Assembly (NCBI GenBank): GCA_964016885.1
Contig: OZ024764.1
Span: 18,786,001 to 18,850,000, forward strand
Source: Eledone cirrhosa
Taxonomy: Eukaryota
Reading direction: 5' to 3'
DNA length: 64,000 bases
Shown one piece after another: positions 27,001-39,800 of this stretch. Under the pieces are notes generated by a model, which was not told the origin of the DNA, made no database searches, and saw only the letters and a program-made list of their open reading frames with translations. How positions within the stretch are numbered: position 1 is the first letter of the stretch; the number at the start of each line of letters is the position of its first letter. The position numbers were made by a program, and so were the translations under genes.

Positions 27001-30000
27001 GGTCATATATGTGTCACAACAAAAAGTACCCAGTCCACCCTGTAAAGTGGTCATGTATGTGTCACAACAAAAAGTACCCAGTCCACACTGTAAAGTGGTC
27101 ATGTATGTGTCACAACAAAAAGTACCCAATCCACACTGTAAAGTGGTCATGTAGGTGTCACAACAAAAAGTACCCAGTCCACACTGTAAAGTGGTCATGT
27201 AGGTGTCACAACAAAAAGTACCCAGTCCACACTGTAAAGTGGTCATGTAGGTGTCACAACAAAAAGTACCCAGTCCACACTGTCAAGTGGTCATGTAGGT
27301 GTCACAACAAAAAGTACCTAGTCCACACTGTAAAGTGGTCATGTAGCTGTCACAACAAAAAGTACCCAGTCCACACTGTAATGTGGTCATGCAGGTTTCA
27401 CAACAAAAAGTACCCAGTCCACACTGTAAAGTGGTCATGTAGGTGTCACAACAAAAAGTACCCAGTCCACCCTGTAAAGTGGTCATGTAGGTGTCACGAC
27501 AAAAAGCACCCAGTCCACACTGTAAAGTGGTCATGTAGGTGTCACAACAAAAAGTACCCAATCCACACTGTAAAGAGGTCATGTTGGTGTCACAACAAAA
27601 AGTACCCAGTCCACACTGTAAAGTGGTCATGTAGGTGTCACAACAAAAAGTACCCAGTCCACACTGTAAAGTGGTCATGTAGGTGTCACAACAAAAAGTA
27701 CCCAGTCCACACTGTAAAGTGGTCATGTAGGTGTCACAACAAAAAGTACCCAGTCCACACTGTAAAGTGGTCATGTAGGTGTCACAACAAAAAGTACCCA
27801 GTCCACACTGTCAAGTGGTCATGTAGGTGTCACAACAAAAAGTACCCAATCCACACTGTAAAGTGGTCATGTAGGTGTCACAACAAAAAGTACCCAGTCC
27901 ACCCTGTAAAGTGGTCATATATGTGTCACAACAAAAAGTACCCAGTCCACCCTGTAAAGTGGTCATATAGGTGTCACAACAAAAAGTACCCAGTCCACCC
28001 TGAAAATGGGTATTGTTTGTGTCACAACAAAAAGTACCCAGTCCACACTGTAAAGTGGTCATGTATGTGTCACAACAAAAAGTACCCAATCCACACTTTA
28101 AAGTGGTCATGTAGGTGTCACAACAAAAAGTACCCAGTCCACCCTGTAAAGTGGTCATATATGTGTCACAACAAAAAGTACCCAGTCCACCCTGTAAAGT
28201 GGTCATGTATGTGTCACAACAAAAAGTACCCAGTCCACACTGTAAAGTGGTCATGTAGGTGTCACAACAAAAAGTACCCAGTCCACACTGTCAAGTGGTC
28301 ATGTAGGTGTCACAACAAAAAGTACCTAGTCCACACTGTAAAGTGGTCATGTAGCTGTCACAACAAAAAGTACCCAGTCCACACTGTAATGTGGTCATGC
28401 AGGTTTCACAACAAAAAGTACCCAGTCCACACTGTAAAGTGGTCATGTAGGTGTCACAACAAAAAGTACCCAGTCCACCCTGTAAAGTGGTCATGTAGGT
28501 GTCACGACAAAAAGTACACAGTCCACACTGTAAAGTGGTCATGTAGGTGTCACAACAAAAAGTACCCAATCCACACTGTAAAGAGGTCATGTTGGTGTCA
28601 CAACAAAAAGTACCCAGTCCACACTGTCAAGTGGTCATGTAGGTGTCACAACAAAAAGTACCCAATCCACACTGTAAAGTGGTCATGTAGGTGTCACAAC
28701 AAAAAGTACCCAGTCCACCCTGTAAAGTGGTCATATATGTGTCACAACAAAAAGTACCCAGTCCACCCTGTAAAGTGGTCATATATGTGTCACAACAAAA
28801 AGTACCCAGTCCACCCTGTAAAGTGGTCATATATGTGTCACAACAAAAAGTACCCAGTCCACACTGTAAAGTGGTCATGTAGGTGTCACAACAAAAAGTA
28901 CCCAGTCCACACTGTAAAGTGGTCATGTAGGTGTCACAACAAAAATACCCAGTCCACACTGTAAAGTGGTCATGTAGGCGTCACAACAAAAAGTACCCGG
29001 TCCACACTGTAAAGTGGTCATATAGGTGTCACAACAAAAATACCCAGTCCACACTGTAAAGTGGTCATGTAGGTGTCACAACAAAAAGTACCCGGTCCAC
29101 ACTGTAAAGTGGTCATGTAGGTGTCACAACAAAAAGTACCCAGTCCACCCTGTAAAGTGGTCATATAGGTGTCACAACAAAAAGTACCCAGTCCACCCTG
29201 TAAAGTGGTCATGTATGTGTCACAACAAAAAGTACCCAGTCCACACTGTAAAGTGGTCATGTATGTGTCACAACAAAAAGTACCCAGTCCACACTTTAAA
29301 GTTGTCATGTAGGTGTCACAACAAAAAGTACCCAGTCCACACTGTAATGTGGTCATGCAGGTTTCACACCAAAAATACCCAGTCCACACTGTAAAGTGGT
29401 CATGTAGGTGTCACAACAAAAAGTACCCAGTCCACACTGTAAAGTGGTCATGTAGGTGTCACAACAAAAAGTACCTAGTCCACACTGTAAAGTGGTCATG
29501 TAGCTGTCACAACAAAAAGTACCCAGTCCACACTGTAATGTGGTCATGCAGGTTTCACAACAAAAAGTACCCAGTCCACACTGTAATGTGGTCATGTAGG
29601 TGTCACAACAAAAAGTACCCAATCCACACTGTAAAGTGGTCATGTAGGTGTCACAACAAAAAGTACCCGGTCCACACTGTAAAGTGGTCATATAGGTGTC
29701 ACAACAAAAATACCCAGTCCACACTGTAAAGTGGTCATGTAGGTGTCACAACAAAAAGTACCCGGTCCACACTGTAAAGTGGTCATGTAGGTGTCACAAC
29801 AAAAAGTACCCAGTCCACCCTGTAAAGTGGTCATATAGGTGTCACAACAAAAAGTACCCAGTCCACCCTGTAAAGTGGTCATGTATGTGTCACAACAAAA
29901 AGTACCCAGTCCACACTGTAAAGTGGTCATGTATGTGTCACAACAAAAAGTACCCAGTCCACACTTTAAAGTTGTCATGTAGGTGTCACAACAAAAAGTA

Positions 30001-32428
30001 CCCAGTCCACACTGTAATGTGGTCATGCAGGTTTCACACCAAAAATACCCAGTCCACACTGTAAAGTGGTCATGTAGGTGTCACAACAAAAAGTACCCAG
30101 TCCACACTGTAAAGTGGTCATGTAGGTGTCACAACAAAAAGTACCTAGTCCACACTGTAAAGTGGTCATGTAGCTGTCACAACAAAAAGTACCCAGTCCA
30201 CACTGTAATGTGGTCATGCAGGTTTCACAACAAAAAGTACCCAGTCCACACTGTAAAGTGGTTATGTAGGTGTCACAACAAAAAGTACCCAGTCCACACT
30301 GTAAAGTGGACATGTAGGTGTCATGACAAAAAGTACCCAGTCCACACTGTAAAGTGGTCATGTAGGTGTCACAATAAAAAGTACACAGTCCACACTGTAA
30401 AGTGGTCATGTAGGTGTCACAACAAAAAGTACCTAGTCCACACTGTAAAGTGGTCATGTAGGTGTCACAACAAAAAGTACCCAGTCCACACTGTAAAGTG
30501 GTCATGTAGGTGTCACAACAAAATATACCCAGTCCACACTGTAAAGTGGTCATGTAGGTGTCACAACAAAAAGTACCCAGTCCACACTGTAAAGTGGTCA
30601 TGTAGGTGTCACAACAAAAAGTACCCAGTCCACACTGTAAAGTGGTCATGTAGGTGTCACAACAAAAAGTACCCAGTCCACCCTGTAAAGTGGTCATATA
30701 GGTGTCACAACAAAAAGTACCCAGTCCACCCTGAAAATGGGTATTGTTTGTGTCACAACAAAAAGTACCCAGTCCACACTGTAAAGTGGTCATGTATGTG
30801 TCACAACAAAAAGTACCCAATCCACACTTTAAAGTGGTCATGTAGGTGTCACAACAAAAAGTACCCAGTCCACACTGTAATGTGGTCATGTAGGTGTCAC
30901 GACAAAAAGTACCCAGTCCACACTGTAAAGTGGTCATGTAGGTGTCACAACAAAAAGTACCCAGTCCACACTGTAAAGTGGTCATGTAGGTGTCACAACA
31001 AAATATACCCAGTCCACACTGTAAAGTGGTCATGTAGGTGTCACAACAAAAAGTACCCAGTCCACACTGTAAAGTGGTCATGTAGGTGTCACAACAAAAA
31101 GTACCCAATCCACACTGTAAAGTGGTCATGTAGGTGTCACAACAAAAAGTACCCAGTCCACCCTGTAAAGTGGTCATATATGTGTCACAACAAAAAGTAC
31201 CCAGTCCACCCTGTAAAGTGGTCATGTATGTGTCACAACAAAAAGTACCCAGTCCACACTGTAAAGTGGTCATGTATGTGTCACAACAAAAAGTACCCAA
31301 TCCACACTGTAAAGTGGTCATGTAGGTGTCACAACAAAAAGTACCCAGTCCACACTGTAAAGTGGTCATGTAGGTGTCACAACAAAAAGTACCCAGTCCA
31401 CACTGTAAAGTGGTCATGTAGGTGTCACAACAAAAAGTACCCAGTCCACACTGTCAAGTGGTCATGTAGGTGTCACAACAAAAAGTACCTAGTCCACACT
31501 GTAAAGTGGTCATGTAGCTGTCACAACAAAAAGTACCCAGTCCACACTGTAATGTGGTCATGCAGGTTTCACAACAAAAAGTACCCAGTCCACACTGTAA
31601 AGTGGTCATGTAGGTGTCACAACAAAAAGTACCCAGTCCACCCTGTAAAGTGGTCATGTAGGTGTCACGACAAAAAGCACCCAGTCCACACTGTAAAGTG
31701 GTCATGTAGGTGTCACAACAAAAAGTACCCAATCCACACTGTAAAGAGGTCATGTTGGTGTCACAACAAAAAGTACCCAGTCCACACTGTAAAGTGGTCA
31801 TGTAGGTGTCACAACAAAAAGTACCCAGTCCACACTGTAAAGTGGTCATGTAGGTGTCACAACAAAAAGTACCCAGTCCACACTGTAAAGTGGTCATGTA
31901 GGTGTCACAACAAAAAGTACCCAGTCCACACTGTAAAGTGGTCATGTAGGTGTCACAACAAAAAGTACCCAGTCCACACTGTCAAGTGGTCATGTAGGTG
32001 TCACAACAAAAAGTACCCAATCCACACTGTAAAGTGGTCATGTAGGTGTCACAACAAAAAGTACCCAGTCCACCCTGTAAAGTGGTCATATATGTGTCAC
32101 AACAAAAAGTACCCAGTCCACCCTGTAAAGTGGTCATATAGGTGTCACAACAAAAAGTACCCAGTCCACCCTGAAAATGGGTATTGTTTGTGTCACAACA
32201 AAAAGTACCCAGTCCACACTGTAAAGTGGTCATGTATGTGTCACAACAAAAAGTACCCAATCCACACTTTAAAGTGGTCATGTAGGTGTCACAACAAAAA
32301 GTACCCAGTCCACCCTGTAAAGTGGTCATATATGTGTCACAACAAAAAGTACCCAGTCCACCCTGTAAAGTGGTCATGTATGTGTCACAACAAAAAGTAC
32401 CCAGTCCACACTGTAAAGTGGTCATGTA
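24041..32428. repeat. Tandem higher-order duplication, period 4171 bp (87 monomers, five of 47 bp)
   Basis: ORF pairs 24120/28291, 24847/29018, 25852/30023 and 27283/31454 are all offset by 4171; shared rare AGGCGT, CAATAAAA and GGTTATG variants. Confidence 0.9.
24809..26085. repeat. Nested tandem duplication, period 670 bp (14 monomers, two of 47 bp); recopied at about 28980-30256
   Basis: Identical ORFs at 24847/25517 and 24855/25525, and again at 29018/29688. Confidence 0.88.
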
Positions 32429-35400
32429 TGTGTCACAACAAAAAGTACCCAGTCCACACTGTAAAGTGGTCATGTAGGTGTCACAACAAAAAGTACCCAG
32501 TCCACACTGTAAAGTGGTCATGTAGGTGTCACAACAAAAAGTACCCAGTCCACACTGTAAAGTGGTCATGTAGGTGTCACAACAAAAAGTACCCAGTCCA
32601 CACTGTCAAGTGGTCATGTAGGTGTCACAACAAAAAGTACCTAGTCCACACTGTAAAGTGGTCATGTAGCTGTCACAACAAAAAGTACCCAGTCCACACT
32701 GTAATGTGGTCATGCAGGTTTCACAACAAAAAGTACCCAGTCCACACTGTAAAGTGGTCATGTAGGTGTCACATCAAAAAGTACCCAGTCCACCCTGTAA
32801 AGTGGTCATGTAGGTGTCACGACAAAAAGCACCCAGTCCACACTGTAAAGTGGTCATGTAGGTGTCACAACAAAAAGTACCCAATCCACACTGTAAAGAG
32901 GTCATGTATGTGTCACAACAAAAAGTACCCAGTCCACACTATAAAGTGGTCATGTAGGTGTCACAACAAAAAGTACCCAGTCCACACTGTAAAGTGGTCA
33001 TGTAGGTGTCACAACAAAAAGTACCCAGTCCACCCTGTAAAGTGGTCATATATGTGTCACAACAAAAAGTACCCAGTCCACCCTGTAAAGTGGTCATGTA
33101 TGTGTCACAACAAAAAGTACCCAGTCCACACTGTAATGTGGTCATGCAGGTTTCACAACAAAAAGTACCCAGTCCACACTGTAATGTGGTCATGCAGGTT
33201 TCACAACAAAAAGTACCCAGTCCACACTGTAATGTGGTCATGTATGTGTCACAACAAAAAGTACCCAGTCCACACTGTAATGTGGTCATGCAGGTTTCAC
33301 AACAAAAAGTACCCAGTCCACACTGTAAAGTGGTCATGTAGGTGTCACAACAAAAAGTACCCAGTCCACACTGTAAAGTGGACATGTAGGTGTCATGACA
33401 AAAAGTACCCAGTCCACACTGTAAAGTGGTCATGTAGGTGTCACAACAAAAAGTACACAGTCCACACTGTAAAGTGGTCATGTAGGTGTCACAACAAAAA
33501 GTACCCAGTCCACACTTTAAAGTGGTCATGTAGGTGTCACAACAAAAAGTACCCAGTCCACCCTGTAAAGTGGTCATATAGGTGTCACAACAAAAAGTAC
33601 CCAGTCCACCCTGAAAATGGGTATTGTTTGTGTCACAACAAAAAGTACCCAGTCCACACTGTAAAGTGGTCATGTATGTGTCACAACAAAAAGTACCCAA
33701 TCCACACTTTAAAGTGGTCATGTAGGTGTCACAACAAAAAGTACCCAGTCCACCCTGTAAAGTGGTCATATATGTGTCACAACAAAAAGTACCCAGTCCA
33801 CCCTGAAAATGGGTATTGTTTGTGTCACAACAAAAAGTACCCAGTCCACACTGTAAAGTGGTCATGTATGTGTCACAACAAAAAGTACCCAGTCCACACT
33901 GTAAAGTGGTCATGTAGGTGTCACAACAAAAAGTACCCAGTCCACACTGTAAAGTGGTCATGTAGGTGTCACAACAAAAAGTACCCAGTCCACACTGTAA
34001 AGTGGTCATATATGTGTCACAACAAAAAGTACCCAGTCCACCCTGTAAAGTGGTCATGTATGTGTCACAACAAAAAGTACCCAGTCCACACTGTAAAGTG
34101 GTCATGTATGTGTCACAACAAAAAGTACCCAATCCACACTGTAAAGTGGTCATGTAGGTGTCACAACAAAAAGTACCCAGTCCACACTGTAAAGTGGTCA
34201 TGTAGGTGTCACAACAAAAAGTACCCAGTCCACACTGTAAAGTGGTCATGTAGGTGTCACAACAAAAAGTACCCAGTCCACACTGTCAAGTGGTCATGTA
34301 GGTGTCACAACAAAAAGTACCTAGTCCACACTGTAAAGTGGTCATGTAGCTGTCACAACAAAAAGTACCCAGTCCACACTGTAATGTGGTCATGCAGGTT
34401 TCACAACAAAAAGTACCCAGTCCACACTGTAAAGTGGTCATGTAGGTGTCACAACAAAAAGTACCCAGTCCACCCTGTAAAGTGGTCATGTAGGTGTCAC
34501 GACAAAAAGCACCCAGTCCACACTGTAAAGTGGTCATGTAGGTGTCACAACAAAAAGTACCCAATCCACACTGTAAAGAGGTCATGTTGGTGTCACAACA
34601 AAAAGTACCCAGTCCACACTGTAAAGTGGTCATGTAGGTGTCACAACAAAAAGTACCCAGTCCACACTGTAAAGTGGTCATGTAGGTGTCACAACAAAAA
34701 GTACCCAGTCCACACTGTAAAGTGGTCATGTAGGTGTCACAACAAAAAGTACCCAGTCCACACTGTAAAGTGGTCATGTAGGTGTCACAACAAAAAGTAC
34801 CCAGTCCACACTGTCAAGTGGTCATGTAGGTGTCACAACAAAAAGTACCCAATCCACACTGTAAAGTGGTCATGTAGGTGTCACAACAAAAAGTACCCAG
34901 TCCACCCTGTAAAGTGGTCATATATGTGTCACAACAAAAAGTACCCAGTCCACCCTGTAAAGTGGTCATATAGGTGTCACAACAAAAAGTACCCAGTCCA
35001 CCCTGAAAATGGGTATTGTTTGTGTCACAACAAAAAGTACCCAGTCCACACTGTAAAGTGGTCATGTATGTGTCACAACAAAAAGTACCCAATCCACACT
35101 TTAAAGTGGTCATGTAGGTGTCACAACAAAAAGTACCCAGTCCACCCTGTAAAGTGGTCATATATGTGTCACAACAAAAAGTACCCAGTCCACCCTGTAA
35201 AGTGGTCATGTATGTGTCACAACAAAAAGTACCCAGTCCACACTGTAAAGTGGTCATGTATGTGTCACAACAAAAAGTACCCAGTCCACACTGTAAAGTG
35301 GTCATGTAGGTGTCACAACAAAAAGTACCCAGTCCACACTGTAAAGTGGTCATGTAGGTGTCACAACAAAAAGTACCCAGTCCACACTGTAAAGTGGTCA

Positions 35401-36841
35401 TGTAGGTGTCACAACAAAAAGTACCCAGTCCACACTGTCAAGTGGTCATGTAGGTGTCACAACAAAAAGTACCTAGTCCACACTGTAAAGTGGTCATGTA
35501 GCTGTCACAACAAAAAGTACCCAGTCCACACTGTAATGTGGTCATGCAGGTTTCACAACAAAAAGTACCCAGTCCACACTGTAAAGTGGTCATGTAGGTG
35601 TCACATCAAAAAGTACCCAGTCCACCCTGTAAAGTGGTCATGTAGGTGTCACGACAAAAAGCACCCAGTCCACACTGTAAAGTGGTCATGTAGGTGTCAC
35701 AACAAAAAGTACCCAATCCACACTGTAAAGAGGTCATGTATGTGTCACAACAAAAAGTACCCAGTCCACACTATAAAGTGGTCATGTAGGTGTCACAACA
35801 AAAAGTACCCAGTCCACACTGTAAAGTGGTCATGTAGGTGTCACAACAAAAAGTACCCAGTCCACCCTGTAAAGTGGTCATATATGTGTCACAACAAAAA
35901 GTACCCAGTCCACCCTGTAAAGTGGTCATGTATGTGTCACAACAAAAAGTACCCAGTCCACACTGTAATGTGGTCATGCAGGTTTCACAACAAAAAGTAC
36001 CCAGTCCACACTGTAATGTGGTCATGCAGGTTTCACAACAAAAAGTACCCAGTCCACACTGTAATGTGGTCATGTATGTGTCACAACAAAAAGTACCCAG
36101 TCCACACTGTAATGTGGTCATGCAGGTTTCACAACAAAAAGTACCCAGTCCACACTGTAAAGTGGTCATGTAGGTGTCACAACAAAAAGTACCCAGTCCA
36201 CACTGTAAAGTGGACATGTAGGTGTCATGACAAAAAGTACCCAGTCCACACTGTAAAGTGGTCATGTAGGTGTCACAACAAAAAGTACACAGTCCACACT
36301 GTAAAGTGGTCATGTAGGTGTCACAACAAAAAGTACCCAGTCCACACTTTAAAGTGGTCATGTAGGTGTCACAACAAAAAGTACCCAGTCCACCCTGTAA
36401 AGTGGTCATATAGGTGTCACAACAAAAAGTACCCAGTCCACCCTGAAAATGGGTATTGTTTGTGTCACAACAAAAAGTACCCAGTCCACACTGTAAAGTG
36501 GTCATGTATGTGTCACAACAAAAAGTACCCAATCCACACTTTAAAGTGGTCATGTAGGTGTCACAACAAAAAGTACCCAGTCCACCCTGTAAAGTGGTCA
36601 TATATGTGTCACAACAAAAAGTACCCAGTCCACCCTGAAAATGGGTATTGTTTGTGTCACAACAAAAAGTACCCAGTCCACACTGTAAAGTGGTCATGTA
36701 TGTGTCACAACAAAAAGTACCCAGTCCACACTGTAAAGTGGTCATGTAGGTGTCACAACAAAAAGTACCCAGTCCACACTGTAAAGTGGTCATGTAGGTG
36801 TCACAACAAAAAGTACCCAGTCCACACTGTAAAGTGGTCAT
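31163..36841. repeat. Tandem higher-order duplication, period 2832 bp (59 monomers)
   Basis: ORF pairs 31454/34286, 31982/34814 and 33006/35838; shared rare CACATCAAA variant and a doubled divergent monomer (33613+33805 and 36445+36637). Confidence 0.9.
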
Positions 36842-39800
36842 GTAGGTGTCACAACAAAAAGTACCCAGTCTACACTGTCAAGTGGTCATGTAGGTGTCAC
36901 AACAAAAAGTACCTAGTCCACACTGTAAAGTGGTCATGTAGCTGTCACAACAAAAAGTACCCAGTCCACACTGTAATGTGGTCATGCAGGTTTCACAACA
37001 AAAAGTACCCAGTCCACACTGTAAAGTGGTCATGTAGGTGTCACAACAAAAAGTACCCAGTCCACCCTGTAAAGTGGTCATGTAGGTGTCACGACAAAAA
37101 GCACCCAGTCCACACTGTAAAGTGGTCATGTAGGTGTCACAACAAAAAGTACCCAATCCACACTGTAAAGAGGTCATGTATGTGTCACAACAAAAAGTAC
37201 CCAGTCCACACCGTAAAGTGGTCATGTATGTGTCACAACAAAAAGTACCCAGTCCACACTGTAAAGTGGTCATGTAGGTGTCACAACAAAAAGTACCCAG
37301 TCCACACTGTAAAGTGGTCATGTAGGTGTCACAACAAAAAGTACCCAGTCCACACTGTAAAGTGGTCATGTAGGTGTCACAACAAAAAGTACCCAGTCCA
37401 CACTGTAAAGTGGTCATGTAGGTGTCACAACAAAATATACCCAGTCCACACTGTAAAGTGGTCATGTAGGTGTCACAACAAAAAGTACCCAGTCCACACT
37501 TTAAAGTGGTCATGTAGGTGTCACAACAAAAAGTACCCAGTCCACACTGTAATGTGGTCATGCAGGTTTCACACCAAAAAGTACCCAGTCCACACTGTAA
37601 TGTGTTCATATATGTGTCTCAACAAAAAGTACCCAGTCCACACTGTAAAGTGGTCATGTAGGTGTCACAACAAAAAGTACCCAGTCCACACTGTAAAGTG
37701 GACATGTAGGTGTCATGACAAAAAGTACCCAGTCCACACTGTAAAGTGGTCATGTAGGTGTCACAACAAAAAGTAACCAGTCCACACTGTAAAGTGGTCA
37801 TGTAGGTGTCACAACAAAAAGTACCCAGTCCACACTGTAAAGTGGTCATGTAGGTGTCACAACAAAAAGTACCCAGTCCACACTGTAAAGTGGTCATGTA
37901 GGTGTCACAACAAAATATACCCAGTCCACACTGTAAAGTGGTCATGTAGGTGTCACAACAAAAAGTACCCAGTCCACACTATAAAGTGGTCATGTAGGTG
38001 TCACAACAAAAAGTACCCAGTCCACACTGTAAAGTGGTCATGTAGGTGTCACAACAAAAAGTACCCAGTCCACCCTGTAAAGTGGTCATATATGTGTCAC
38101 AACAAAAAGTACCCAGTCCACCCTGTAAAGTGGTCATGTATGTGTCACAACAAAAAGTACCCAGTCCACACTGTAATGTGGTCATGCAGGTGTCACAACA
38201 AAAAGTACCCAGTCCACACTGTAAAGTGGTCATGTAGGTGTCACAACAAAAAGTACCCAGTCCACACTGTAAAGTGGTCATGTAGGTGTCACAACAAAAA
38301 GTACCCAGTCCACACTGTCAAGTGGTCATGTAGGTGTCACAACAAAAAGTACCTAGTCCACACTGTAAAGTGGTCATGTAGCTGTCACAACAAAAAGTAC
38401 CCAGTCCACACTGTAATGTGGTCATGCAGGTTTCACAACAAAAAGTACCCAGTCCACACTGTAAAGTGGTCATGTAGGTGTCACAACAAAAAGTACCCAG
38501 TCCACCCTGTAAAGTGGTCATGTAGGTGTCACGACAAAAAGCACCCAGTCCACACTGTAAAGTGGTCATGTAGGTGTCACAACAAAAAGTACCCAATCCA
38601 CACTGTAAAGAGGTCATGTATGTGTCACAACAAAAAGTACCCAGTCCACACTATAAAGTGGTCATGTAGGTGTCACAACAAAAAGTACCCAGTCCACACT
38701 GTAAAGTGGTCATGTAGGTGTCACAACAAAAAGTACCCAGTCCACCCTGTAAAGTGGTCATATATGTGTCACAACAAAAAGTACCCAGTCCACCCTGTAA
38801 AGTGGTCATGTATGTGTCACAACAAAAAGTACCCAGTCCACACTGTAATGTGGTCATGCAGGTTTCACAACAAAAAGTACCCAGTCCACACTGTAATGTG
38901 GTCATGCAGGTTTCACAACAAAAAGTACCCAGTCCACACTGTAATGTGGTCATGTATGTGTCACAACAAAAAGTACCCAGTCCACACTGTAATGTGGTCA
39001 TGCAGGTTTCACAACAAAAAGTACCCAGTCCACACTGTAAAGTGGTCATGTAGGTGTCACAACAAAAAGTACCCAGTCCACACTGTAAAGTGGACATGTA
39101 GGTGTCATGACAAAAAGTACCCAGTCCACACTGTAAAGTGGTCATGTAGGTGTCACAACAAAAAGTACACAGTCCACACTGTAAAGTGGTCATGTAGGTG
39201 TCACAACAAAAAGTACCCAGTCCACACTTTAAAGTGGTCATGTAGGTGTCACAACAAAAAGTACCCAGTCCACCCTGTAAAGTGGTCATATAGGTGTCAC
39301 AACAAAAAGTACCCAGTCCACCCTGAAAATGGGTATTGTTTGTGTCACAACAAAAAGTACCCAGTCCACACTGTAAAGTGGTCATGTATGTGTCACAACA
39401 AAAAGTACCCAATCCACACTTTAAAGTGGTCATGTAGGTGTCACAACAAAAAGTACCCAGTCCACCCTGTAAAGTGGTCATATATGTGTCACAACAAAAA
39501 GTACCCAGTCCACCCTGTAAAGTGGTCATGTATGTGTCACAACAAAAAGTACCCAGTCCACACTGTAAAGTGGTCATGTATGTGTCACAACAAAAAGTAC
39601 CCAGTCCACACTGTAAAGTGGTCATGTAGGTGTCACAACAAAAAGTACCCAGTCCACACTGTAAAGTGGTCATGTAGGTGTCACAACAAAAAGTACCCAG
39701 TCCACACTGTAAAGTGGTCATGTAGGTGTCACAACAAAAAGTACCCAGTCCACACTGTCAAGTGGTCATGTAGGTGTCACAACAAAAAGTACCTAGTCCA

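Noticed and set aside
29983-37776. 2597-aa Cys/His-rich ORF, and all other + strand (CHNKKYPVHTVKWSCR)n ORFs, as zinc-finger or metal-binding genes
   Set aside because: The spacing does not fit C2H2 or other known finger motifs. There is no unique N- or C-terminus, the starts are arbitrary, nearly all variants change the amino acid, and stops and frameshifts are freely duplicated.
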